From IMG/VR virus record IMGVR_UViG_2703718815_000012, positions 1 through 46,929 of that record: a stretch of DNA of 46,929 nucleotides. The stretch is one strand, 5' to 3'. Position numbers and translations under genes: made by a program. This DNA is from a virus (lineage: Duplodnaviria; Heunggongvirae; Uroviricota; Caudoviricetes). The notes below the pieces were generated by a model that saw only the letters and a list, made by a program, of their open reading frames with translations, had not been told where the DNA came from and searched no databases. Of the stretch, positions 1-8,449 are shown one piece after another; position 1 is the stretch's first letter; every line of letters begins with the position of its first letter.

Positions 1-459
1 ATGTGTGGACGTTTCTCACAATCAATGACCCGCGATGACTATCTGGCTCTGCTGGCTGATGAATCCGATCGCGATATTCCCTATGACCCTGAACCAATCG
101 GGCGATTCAACGTGGCGCCAGGCACAAAAGTTTTGCTGCTGAGCGAACGTGACGAGCAGCTGCATCTCGATCCGGTGTTCTGGGGTTACGCGCCCGGATG
201 GTGGGATAAAGCCCCATTGATTAACGCACGTGTAGAGACCGCGGCATCCAGCAGAATGTTTAAGCCACTGTGGCAGCATGGCCGGGCGATTTGTTTCGCT
301 GACGGTTGGTTTGAATGGAAAAAGGAAAACGACAAGAAACAGCCCTACTTCATCCATCGTGCCGACGGGCAGCCAATATTTATGGGTCGGAGTTCAAGTA
401 TGATTTTTTATTGTCGTGATGACGAGCGTCAGCGAAATGGTGTAAAGTATTACCGTTAG
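1..459 (+). pseudogene. yedK: yedK 5' fragment (SOS-response-associated peptidase / abasic-site processing protein), disrupted after about codon 128
   Basis: ORF begins MCGRF (catalytic Cys2 of SRAP family) and reads YedK-like to ...GQPIFM (nt ~384), then an unrelated 24-codon tail and stop; full-length YedK is about 220 aa. Confidence 0.7.
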
Positions 460-488
460 TTTGCTCTCAACAGGTTGCTAACAATGAA

Positions 489-514
489 GCCCCTGCTGAG
501 TGATTGGCAGGGGC
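489..514 (-). terminator. stem-loop downstream of acyltransferase gene (possible terminator or junction hairpin)
   Basis: gcccctgc-N10-gcaggggc perfect 8-bp stem ending 10 nt from the stop at 525; only a weak U-tract follows. Confidence 0.3.
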
Positions 515-524
515 CTCTGTATCT

Positions 525-1505
525 CTAATGCTGTGATGAGTTTGTCGATTGTTTTCGGATTGAAAATGGAATGCTCATCAACTTCCTGATCATTTGTTCA
601 GCTGGTAGTTTGACTATCACCACCGTTATCATAATGGTTAGGATGGCGGATGCTAATACTGATAGATACTCATTTATACCATGACCAGCAACTGAATAGA
701 TCTTGCTAACAACGATAACAAAGAAGCCGTGGAGCAAATAAATAGATAAAGATTTTTCTCCAATTATTGAGATTAATCCTTTCTTGCCAGGCATTAAAGA
801 TAACAATGCAATAATAACACTGAATGATGCGATAATTGAGAATATCCGCAGCCCAATACCATCGACTATGCTCACAGATAGATCATTAAAGTTATACACA
901 CCAAACCACAATTTGTAGTTGACGCCGAATGAAAACGTGAATATAACTGACATCAAACCGATGGCTATAGACGCGACCGCAACTGATTTGGATATCTTAA
1001 AGTTCTTAGTACATAAAGCACCTGCCATGAAGAAAGGCATGAATACAGCAGTTCTCAACCAACTAAATATATATTCATTAAATGGTAAAGCTCCAGCTAA
1101 TAACGATACAATGACGGCCCCACAGAACACTTTTAACGTTGACCCAACCAGCCCGCAGATCGCATAGAAAGATGCCAAACTGACCAAAAACCAAAGCAAC
1201 CAATATGGCTTGAGTAATGCGTCACTAGCTGTTATTACGCCTTTGAGGACGAAATATGACGCGTATAGAACCTGAAACACTACATAGAGGAATAATACCT
1301 GAACAGACCTTTCCTTCCATTTGCTCCTATTAAACGTCATTCCCGATAAGAATATGAAGGCAGGCATGTGAAACATAAATATCACCTCCATCAATGATAA
1401 CCCTACCACTGATTCCCACCCTGCCGTAACCTCTACCAAGTGTCCAAGAACAACAAGAAGGATCATGCACCCCTTCATATTGTCTATTTTGTAGTTTCTT
1501 TCCAT
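525..1505 (-). CDS. acyltransferase family 3 integral membrane protein (O-antigen O-acetyltransferase-like; lysogenic conversion candidate)
   Basis: polytopic membrane ORF with N-terminal IDNMKGCMILLVVLGH signature typical of acyltransferase-3; clearly more AT-rich than flanking phage genes; ATG at 1505 preferred over upstream GTG at 1523. Confidence 0.7.
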   Translation of the reverse strand: MERNYKIDNMKGCMILLVVLGHLVEVTAGWESVVGLSLMEVIFMFHMPAFIFLSGMTFNRSKWKERSVQVLFLYVVFQVLYASYFVLKGVITASDALLKPYWLLWFLVSLASFYAICGLVGSTLKVFCGAVIVSLLAGALPFNEYIFSWLRTAVFMPFFMAGALCTKNFKISKSVAVASIAIGLMSVIFTFSFGVNYKLWFGVYNFNDLSVSIVDGIGLRIFSIIASFSVIIALLSLMPGKKGLISIIGEKSLSIYLLHGFFVIVVSKIYSVAGHGINEYLSVLASAILTIMITVVIVKLPAEQMIRKLMSIPFSIRKQSTNSSQH

Positions 1506-1614
1506 TTTTCTGCCAAGATGCACATTTAAAGCTGCAATCTATCACCAGAGGTTGTAGATGTGAAGGTTAAGGTTGTGTGTCGTGAGGTATATCACGGCAC
1601 ACAGCCCAGTAACA

Positions 1615-3753
1615 TCAAATCGCTGTGGTTGTGTATGTTACTTTAGTCCCTGAGGCGGTCCCTGACTTACCTATAGTTGCAAAAGCCTCGTCGCAGGTTG
1701 CTGTGGTATTCCCTGTTAGGTTGATATGAGTTGCTCCGTAACCTCCAGTGATGATGTTGGAAGATGTTTTAACTGTTGCGCTATTGTTTATCACCACTGC
1801 TAAATCCGTCCCTGAACTTAACAGAACTGAATCCCGCAGGACTAATCTCGCGCAATTGTCAAAGTACAACCCCCTGCCAGTTCCCTGAGATACATAGTAA
1901 TTATCAACCACTAGACCAGGGCAAATTGCGGCATATAGAGCGTAGTAGTCGGTAGTAAGCCCAACATACTCAGATGAAGATATACTGCATCTGTCACCAT
2001 AGTAAATAGAATACAAGCAACCGCTCCCTCTGGAGATGTTACCGACGAGCTTGACGGCTATAGAATATGTTGAGTCCACTTCATTTCTTGCAACTGATAT
2101 GCAGACTGGTGCCAGGCATGACTGGAATACATTGTCTGATATGGTCCCACTTTGGCACCCTGAAGCCCTGAGAATGCTTAGTGGATTCTCCTGTGATACA
2201 ACGCCACCAGATGCAGGGGCGGTTGTTCCTCCACATGTATGGAATATATTAGCGTTAAAACTAAACCCATTGGCACCGTTAACTATTACAGGTCTAATTA
2301 TCCCATTAAAAAAGTTTCCATCCAACTTCAGTGTTGTCTGTGTTTGTGAGTAAGGAAGAATGTAAATCCCGTAATACCAGTCGGTAGTATTTCCCCCATA
2401 AATGTTATTATTGACTATACTTAAGCGATCATACCCACCCTTCCAGCTAATTGGTATTCTGCACCTTATAAATGTATTGTTTGATATTTGCGTATTAATG
2501 GTAACATGACTTGTACTGTCATCAGCCAAAATCCCTGAATCACTATCTTCAATGTAATTATTAACTATTCGTATATTTCTGTTGCCAGTATTATGAATGG
2601 AAATCCCACAGTATGCCGAGTTCCTAACCGTGCATCCATCAATCAGGCAGTCATAACCGTATGACCATCCTGCTGTCCCTGCTGCGTCATAGGATATAGG
2701 CAAAATATTTCCTGCGGAATCGCTAGCTTCTGAAGCATTAGGATAACTTGCAACATCGATCTGAAAAGCAGCGCTGTTGGTTCCTTCTGACCAGCAGTTA
2801 ATTACTTTCCAATACTGGCACCCAGCCCCATCCCATAAATGCCAGTGGAGATATTTGCTTCCAACATTAAACAGGGTTATGTGCCTTGCCCTGTTAGCTC
2901 CAATTCCGTTTCCTCGACCAACAGGCCCGCTAACCACTAAATTCATGAAAATGACACGCTCAGTAAATGCGGCATATGATTGGAAGGTCGCAGGCTGAAG
3001 TGCAGAGCCGTTCGTAGTATTGCTATCGTGAAATAAACAGGCTCCCTGCCCATCAACAACCAAATTGCTTCCATATAGCGTGGTATAAGTAGTTCGATAC
3101 GTTTTCCCGGGTGAGAACACGATCTTGCCGCCACCAGCTGCAATGGCAGCCTGGAAGCATGCGTAAATTGCTGCAGTATCATCGGTCCCGTTACCCACAG
3201 TTCCGTTACTATCACCCTTAGCTCCACCAGCAAATTGCGGGTCATCAACACTAAAAACGCGTGAATGCACGGAAAGAATACTGTTGAGCTCCTGCTGAAC
3301 AGTCTTTCCATCAGAGTGTTTGATTAACGATGTGCCTGGCAATGATGAACTATAGAGTTGGCCGCGTAGTGTGGCATCACCTACCGACAGCCATGCACCA
3401 ACACCAATGCCGCCAGTTGAAGTTGGTGTAGAGCCAGGAGGTACCACCTTGCCACTCACAGGAAAAGCCCCACCCCAGCGATAATACTCGCCAGTTGCCT
3501 CAAGGCGAAGAACCTCATTAGGCAAGGTGAGGATCGCACCATCTTCGAAACTATCAATTGTGATGTAGCCGAAGGCGGCCATTGTCTGCTGGGCTAACCA
3601 ACGAAGACCTTCGATTGTATAGTGCTCACCACCAAAGCGGTCTGTGTATTTCAAACCTGATGAGGTTACGAACTCGTCAATTTTCCCGGCATTAAACTTC
3701 AGATCGCGCGGTGATTCGCTTGGTACAGGCTGGTTTGTAGGTTGCGTAGCCAT
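1615..3753 (-). CDS. tailspike / tail fibre with C-terminal right-handed beta-helix (pectate-lyase-like, probable polysaccharide depolymerase)
   Basis: 712-aa ORF at distal end of tail module; Gly/Asn/Ser/Thr-rich repetitive beta-strand sequence with repeated I/V-x-N-N turns. Confidence 0.65.
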   Translation of the reverse strand: MATQPTNQPVPSESPRDLKFNAGKIDEFVTSSGLKYTDRFGGEHYTIEGLRWLAQQTMAAFGYITIDSFEDGAILTLPNEVLRLEATGEYYRWGGAFPVSGKVVPPGSTPTSTGGIGVGAWLSVGDATLRGQLYSSSLPGTSLIKHSDGKTVQQELNSILSVHSRVFSVDDPQFAGGAKGDSNGTVGNGTDDTAAIYACFQAAIAAGGGKIVFSPGKTYRTTYTTLYGSNLVVDGQGACLFHDSNTTNGSALQPATFQSYAAFTERVIFMNLVVSGPVGRGNGIGANRARHITLFNVGSKYLHWHLWDGAGCQYWKVINCWSEGTNSAAFQIDVASYPNASEASDSAGNILPISYDAAGTAGWSYGYDCLIDGCTVRNSAYCGISIHNTGNRNIRIVNNYIEDSDSGILADDSTSHVTINTQISNNTFIRCRIPISWKGGYDRLSIVNNNIYGGNTTDWYYGIYILPYSQTQTTLKLDGNFFNGIIRPVIVNGANGFSFNANIFHTCGGTTAPASGGVVSQENPLSILRASGCQSGTISDNVFQSCLAPVCISVARNEVDSTYSIAVKLVGNISRGSGCLYSIYYGDRCSISSSEYVGLTTDYYALYAAICPGLVVDNYYVSQGTGRGLYFDNCARLVLRDSVLLSSGTDLAVVINNSATVKTSSNIITGGYGATHINLTGNTTATCDEAFATIGKSGTASGTKVTYTTTAI

Positions 3754-3764
3754 ATTGATTCCAT

Positions 3765-3790
3765 AAAAAAACCCGGCGCAGTGGCCGGGT
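3765..3790 (-). terminator. intrinsic terminator-like hairpin between tail-tip gene and tailspike gene
   Basis: minus strand reads cccggc-cactgc-gccggg followed by TTTTTTTAT, about 20 nt after the stop at 3812. Confidence 0.5.
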
Positions 3791-3811
3791 CAGGTTGGTC
3801 GGGGACGGTTC

Positions 3812-6289
3812 TTATTGGTAGATGGCGTCGCTGTACTCCGCGACCGTCAGTGAAACCGTATTATCTGTGTTCGGTTTGATGCTGTTGACCGTCCATAGCT
3901 GACTGTCCAGTTCCTCCACTGTCGCAATGAGATAGCGCGACGGGAGCTGCACAGTGTCTCCGTTCCATATATTGAGCTGAATGTCTGGTAGTGCCGCGGT
4001 GAAGCCGTACTTCGTGTCGCTGCGGGCCGTCGCCGGATAGCGCAGCGTCGGATTACCCAGGCTGTCGGTCACCAGCACGTACATTGAACCGGTAAACGCG
4101 ATCGGCTCGCTTGTATCGAAGTTATTCCCGGCGCGGCCGGTGATGTACCCCTGCTGCTGGTTGCTGTCGTAGATGTCAGGCATCTGAATGACGCTGCCAA
4201 CCTGGATAATGCCGTCTTCGAACACTTTGGCGTTCATCTTCACCCGGGAGTAGATGAGGCGCTTGGTTTCGCGTAATGCGCGCTCACGCGCCTGATACTC
4301 GTTACGGAAGCCGACTATCTCCAACTTATTGGGGTTCTCCGCTTCCTGTTCAACGATAGTGCCGTTCAGCACGCGGTAGTTGATGTACGTCTTATTGTTC
4401 GTGGTTGGGTGAACATAGGACACCTGCACACCGTCGTAGCCGCCAGGAAGAGTGGCCTCGTACGTCATTTTGTACTCGTCCGTCTTCATGTTGGCCCGGT
4501 TGAATACGGCCGCCGGGTAATCAACTTTCTGATCCCTGGTAAAGGTCAGCACGCCGTCATCCCAGTACGCCACCACTGACGCCGCATTGCAGATCGCCTG
4601 CACGCGGTCGCCCAGCGAGTCGTTCTCGTCATCAAACGTGTAGTCGAAATAACCCAGGCGCTCATCAGGCAGGCTTTCAGCAATCGAGTACAGCCCGTAC
4701 AGGTCAATGCTGCTGACCGGCTGCCCACCCATAATCAGCCAGGTGTGTGCTACTGCATCAGCGAACGAACGCGAAGGACGCAGCGTGTAATCCACCGTCT
4801 GCGTGTCCAGGTCGTATGTGATGGTATGACGCGTCACCAGGGCGTTGTATTTGCGGTCACGGCTTCCGAGGGCGTTCTCTGTCGCCCTTACCTTCACGCG
4901 CACCAGCGTATCGGTTGGATGCACTACGTTGGTTCTGACGTTGACCGAGTGGATCTCCTCAACCTTCAGGATAGAAGCATCACTTGAGTTATCTGTGCGC
5001 TGGAAGTTAATGGCGTACTTGCCGAAACCGCCGGTCGGCGTCAGCTTGTCAGTGCGATAAAACACTTCGCTGGATGATTTGTGCGGCGTCCCCTGGTGAT
5101 ACGTGAACGTCTGCTGAGTACCCGGCACCTGGTTGTAGTCATCGTCAATCTTCCAGATCGTGACCTTCCAGTCGGCTGACTTTTTGCCGCCCACTTGCAC
5201 CTGAGTGTGCAGCCACAACTGAGAAGACTCGACCGGCGAGAAGAACGGGCCTACCACGAGCGCTTCGTTATCGTTGAGGATGAATTTCGTCGTGTTGATT
5301 GTCGCCGTTGCCGGCACGTCAGGAGGGCCAATCAGATCCCCCATCGTGAATGTGTACCACCGGACCGGGTTAACAACCGCGCCGTCGTTAGTTTCGACAG
5401 CTGAAATCAGCGTACCGGAGAAATCGACATCCTGCGTGACATTTCCGGTTGGCGTGCTGTAGGTGACGTTAATCGTGAATGTAACCGCATGCGGAAGGAC
5501 GAGGCCCATGAAGTAATCAAACTCAGCCTGCTTGATGATTTTTACTGCAATCTGCCCGCCGGAGTAAGTTCCGCTCACAACCGTATTGGCGGTGGCTGTC
5601 TCGATCGGGAAATTGTCCGATTCGTTTTGGCCAGGCACTTCCTGCCCGTCGACGTCGTCGAACCCGTAGCCTTCGTTGATGGTGGGGATCACTTCGCCAG
5701 GCTGGTAAAACTGAAACTCTGCACCGGCCATGCTTCCGAGGCTGGACTCTGAATAACGCACAGATTCGTAATCGTATTTGCCGATCCCGATGCACATCCA
5801 TTCAGTAACGTATTTCAGGCCGCCATCCGTGTCGCTCTGGCGCACATATTCGAACAAAGATTCCTGAATCAGGTCCGGGAACGAGCGGATTTGCCCGTAA
5901 ATGTCCGGTTTTGCTTTATAGACGCGCGCAGTATTCGTCTGGCCGGTCAGGCTATTGTTTGGCGAGTCAATCGTGTTGCCGCCGGTATTAGCGATCGCCG
6001 GTTTGGGAGCAAGGAACGAGAAGACCGCGCCGACAACTTTGAAAATCGGGCTGAGAATGTCGCCAATGATACCCTTCGGCTGGTCGAATATCTGGATGGT
6101 GTCCAGTTCGCATAGCTCAAACGCCAGTTCATCATCTTCGCTCAGCTTTACGCCATTGCGGACGATCAGCAGGTCGCGGTGGAAAGTAGCGTCATTGGCC
6201 TCCAGCCAGTCATAAAAAAGGGTGCCGTTTGGCACCCTGTAGCGTTCTTTTGGCGTTCCCGGGAAACGCTGGAGTTCAATCAACGCCAT
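3812..6289 (-). CDS. tail tip / host-specificity protein (central fibre, gpJ analogue of T1/GTA-type tails)
   Basis: 825-aa ORF immediately downstream of the tail NlpC/P60 peptidase gene; assignment by size and synteny. Confidence 0.55.
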   Translation of the reverse strand: MALIELQRFPGTPKERYRVPNGTLFYDWLEANDATFHRDLLIVRNGVKLSEDDELAFELCELDTIQIFDQPKGIIGDILSPIFKVVGAVFSFLAPKPAIANTGGNTIDSPNNSLTGQTNTARVYKAKPDIYGQIRSFPDLIQESLFEYVRQSDTDGGLKYVTEWMCIGIGKYDYESVRYSESSLGSMAGAEFQFYQPGEVIPTINEGYGFDDVDGQEVPGQNESDNFPIETATANTVVSGTYSGGQIAVKIIKQAEFDYFMGLVLPHAVTFTINVTYSTPTGNVTQDVDFSGTLISAVETNDGAVVNPVRWYTFTMGDLIGPPDVPATATINTTKFILNDNEALVVGPFFSPVESSQLWLHTQVQVGGKKSADWKVTIWKIDDDYNQVPGTQQTFTYHQGTPHKSSSEVFYRTDKLTPTGGFGKYAINFQRTDNSSDASILKVEEIHSVNVRTNVVHPTDTLVRVKVRATENALGSRDRKYNALVTRHTITYDLDTQTVDYTLRPSRSFADAVAHTWLIMGGQPVSSIDLYGLYSIAESLPDERLGYFDYTFDDENDSLGDRVQAICNAASVVAYWDDGVLTFTRDQKVDYPAAVFNRANMKTDEYKMTYEATLPGGYDGVQVSYVHPTTNNKTYINYRVLNGTIVEQEAENPNKLEIVGFRNEYQARERALRETKRLIYSRVKMNAKVFEDGIIQVGSVIQMPDIYDSNQQQGYITGRAGNNFDTSEPIAFTGSMYVLVTDSLGNPTLRYPATARSDTKYGFTAALPDIQLNIWNGDTVQLPSRYLIATVEELDSQLWTVNSIKPNTDNTVSLTVAEYSDAIYQ

Positions 6290-6668
6290 AAGAAAAATAC
6301 TCCACTTTGGTGAATGCCCGCTGAATAACCAGCAACGAGTCCATGCGCACGCTTCCGTTCTCGCCGCGCGAGTGCAACGCCTGTCGGTTCAGCACCAGGC
6401 CAACGTGTGCCGGTTGCGCGCCGCGGTACCCGACGAATATCCCGCCTTCGATCGGTTTATCGACCTGGCGCCAGAAGACGACGTCACCCTGATAGCAGGT
6501 GAAGAAGTCCTCACCGGCTTCGTAGTCCGGTGTCTGGTGCAGCTCAATGCTGAGGACATGGCGGTAATACAGCACAACCAGCCCCCAGCAATCAGTCTTT
6601 TCGAATGAGCAGGCGCGGTTAGACCACGGCACGCCGATCACCTTGCGAACAAAATCAGAGGTATTCAT
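6276..6668 (-). CDS. tail-associated NlpC/P60-family (C40) cysteine peptidase
   Basis: 130-aa ORF with Cys (TDCWGLV) and His (AHVGLVL) spaced as in the NlpC/P60 fold; ATGA overlap with HNH gene stop. Confidence 0.5.
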   Translation of the reverse strand: MNTSDFVRKVIGVPWSNRACSFEKTDCWGLVVLYYRHVLSIELHQTPDYEAGEDFFTCYQGDVVFWRQVDKPIEGGIFVGYRGAQPAHVGLVLNRQALHSRGENGSVRMDSLLVIQRAFTKVEYFSYGVD

Positions 6669-7129
6669 GTGCCGTGCCTGCCAGTTACATCGCCGCTTCT
6701 CACTTCAGCAATAATTCTCGCCTCACAAGCTGAAGGGAAGTCAGGAAACCAACCAAGATGAGCATTTGCCAATCTTGCGCGCCACTCATTCCTTCTCTTC
6801 AAGAAATCCACGCCAGTAACACCTGATGTATTACCAGTTAGTTTTCTTTTATTCCTTGAGTTGACAGCTCTGCTAACCGCCCTGAGGTTATCTATGTTGT
6901 TATTTTTTTTATCACCATCAATATGATCAATTTCATGACCGTTAGGTATTTCACCATGGTGCATCTCATAAATAATCCTATGAACAAGCAATTGCTTTCC
7001 ATCAACGATTACAGAGAGATATCCTTGTGTAGTAGTCTTGTTTGGTGACCTTCCGTATCTGACACCACTCCTTCTTATATTCCAATATATCTTTCCATCA
7101 TCATATCTGAAAAGTTCATGCCAATTCAT
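6665..7129 (-). CDS. HNH homing endonuclease (NUMOD4-like N-terminus plus HNH_3 motif)
   Basis: HEIDHIDGDKKNNNIDNLR HNH motif, N-terminal DGKIYWNIRRSGV segment; AT-rich gene with AT-rich upstream spacer, sitting between two tail genes. Confidence 0.75.
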   Translation of the reverse strand: MNWHELFRYDDGKIYWNIRRSGVRYGRSPNKTTTQGYLSVIVDGKQLLVHRIIYEMHHGEIPNGHEIDHIDGDKKNNNIDNLRAVSRAVNSRNKRKLTGNTSGVTGVDFLKRRNEWRARLANAHLGWFPDFPSACEARIIAEVRSGDVTGRHGT

Positions 7130-7205
7130 ATAGAGACCTCAACCAGAAGATACAAATATATTTAATAAGAGCAAGAGAAGTAGCGCGCCTAATAATTATA
7201 CCACT

Positions 7206-7676
7206 TCATAAATATTGAAGCCCAGTATATTCGCGGGGGTCGTATAATTTCCCAATATTATTATTGAGTGGATTTGTAACAGAAAGGGTTACCGACGCTG
7301 AGTCTGCGTCGATGTCCACCGTCTTGACGTATAACTGCCACGACTTAATCGGCACCGACACATCGCCGCTGTCGAAGATCTGCCGGGTGGCCGTGATGGC
7401 CGTCAGACGGGCTGCACCCTTCCACTGTTTCATCAGCGCTTTGATATCCGACGACAGCCGCCCTAACTTCACCGTCGCGTCAATCACCGGCGTGCCGCTC
7501 TGCTGACTCTCTTCTATTTCAAAGCGCGCTGGCGTGTATGTCTGGCCGCCAAGTGTCTTCGGGAAGAACTGCTTATCGACCAGGCGGACGTAACCAAAGG
7601 ATGGGTGGTAGAACGTGATGGTGTCGTACAGCCCGCGCGTCGGGCGCTGCTGCTTATAAACTCTGAAGGTAGGCAT
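7206..7676 (-). CDS. tail protein (tail-tip complex component)
   Basis: 156-aa ORF in tail module; start overlaps upstream stop (TAATG). Confidence 0.45.
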   Translation of the reverse strand: MPTFRVYKQQRPTRGLYDTITFYHPSFGYVRLVDKQFFPKTLGGQTYTPARFEIEESQQSGTPVIDATVKLGRLSSDIKALMKQWKGAARLTAITATRQIFDSGDVSVPIKSWQLYVKTVDIDADSASVTLSVTNPLNNNIGKLYDPREYTGLQYL

Positions 7677-8173
7677 TACGGCACTCTCGGTAAAGATTCC
7701 GGGTCGCGCCCGTCAGGATAACCAGTAACAACGATATCTAGCCACGAATCCCACGGCGGCGGAAGTTCAACAATGATGTCGTCAAACTCGTCGTCAGCGT
7801 TGTAGAGGTGGTTTGCGATAACAGTTCCCGTCCAGGTCACCACCCCGCCGTCGATACTGGTTTGCACCGGCATCTGCGTGAAGTGAAGTTCCTGCAACTG
7901 CAGGCCACTGCCGCCAAGGTTGATATTCATCCGGAACCAGTTAAGGCCGCGGTTGAGATAGTTAGGGCTGCGCAGCCACTGCTGAAAAGCGCGCTCCTGG
8001 TCAAGAGTGAAGATCCACGTCAGGGACCATGTCACTTTCAGGTCGTCAGTAAGGCTCTGGAAGATAGCCGGGCCGACCGCTGGCTGATCGGTCTGGAACC
8101 CGGTATCGAGCGTCATGTTTTTGCTGGCCTTCTGCGCCAGCGGCAGCCAGTCGGGATAGTCGATAATTGGCAT
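7676..8173 (-). CDS. tail protein (distal tail / tail-tip complex component)
   Basis: 165-aa ORF following tape measure and small tail protein genes. Confidence 0.45.
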   Translation of the reverse strand: MPIIDYPDWLPLAQKASKNMTLDTGFQTDQPAVGPAIFQSLTDDLKVTWSLTWIFTLDQERAFQQWLRSPNYLNRGLNWFRMNINLGGSGLQLQELHFTQMPVQTSIDGGVVTWTGTVIANHLYNADDEFDDIIVELPPPWDSWLDIVVTGYPDGRDPESLPRVP

Positions 8174-8189
8174 CTAAACTCCAGGCATT

Positions 8190-8210
8190 AAAAAACCCGC
8201 CGAAGCGGGT
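8190..8210 (-). terminator. intrinsic terminator-like hairpin
   Basis: minus strand cccgc-ttcg-gcggg followed by TTTTTTAATG, between genes 8211..8441 and 7676..8173. Confidence 0.45.
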
Positions 8211-8441
8211 TTAATCTATGGCAGTTGGTCGTCTCGGAGCTTCAAAAATTTTAATGTTAAATTCTTGAATAGAGCCGTTACTCTTAAACTCAAGTGTCTC
8301 ACCTGCAGGAATAACACCGGCAATGTAAGTGCCATCTGTTAGCAAAAACTCAAAATTAACAGCCCGGTTAGCTGAGTATTTGACAACCTTCCCGCTTTCA
8401 AGTGGCATGCTTTTTGACTCGCCCGGCAAAATACTATCCAT
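8211..8441 (-). CDS. small tail protein
   Basis: ORF directly after tape measure gene; ATG at 8441 with GAGGG SD preferred over the TTG at 8453 used by the ORF track. Confidence 0.4.
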   Translation of the reverse strand: MDSILPGESKSMPLESGKVVKYSANRAVNFEFLLTDGTYIAGVIPAGETLEFKSNGSIQEFNIKIFEAPRRPTAID

Positions 8442-8449
8442 GTTCCCTC

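Noticed and set aside
22-357. 111-aa minus-strand ORF
   Set aside because: Antisense to the conserved yedK 5' fragment
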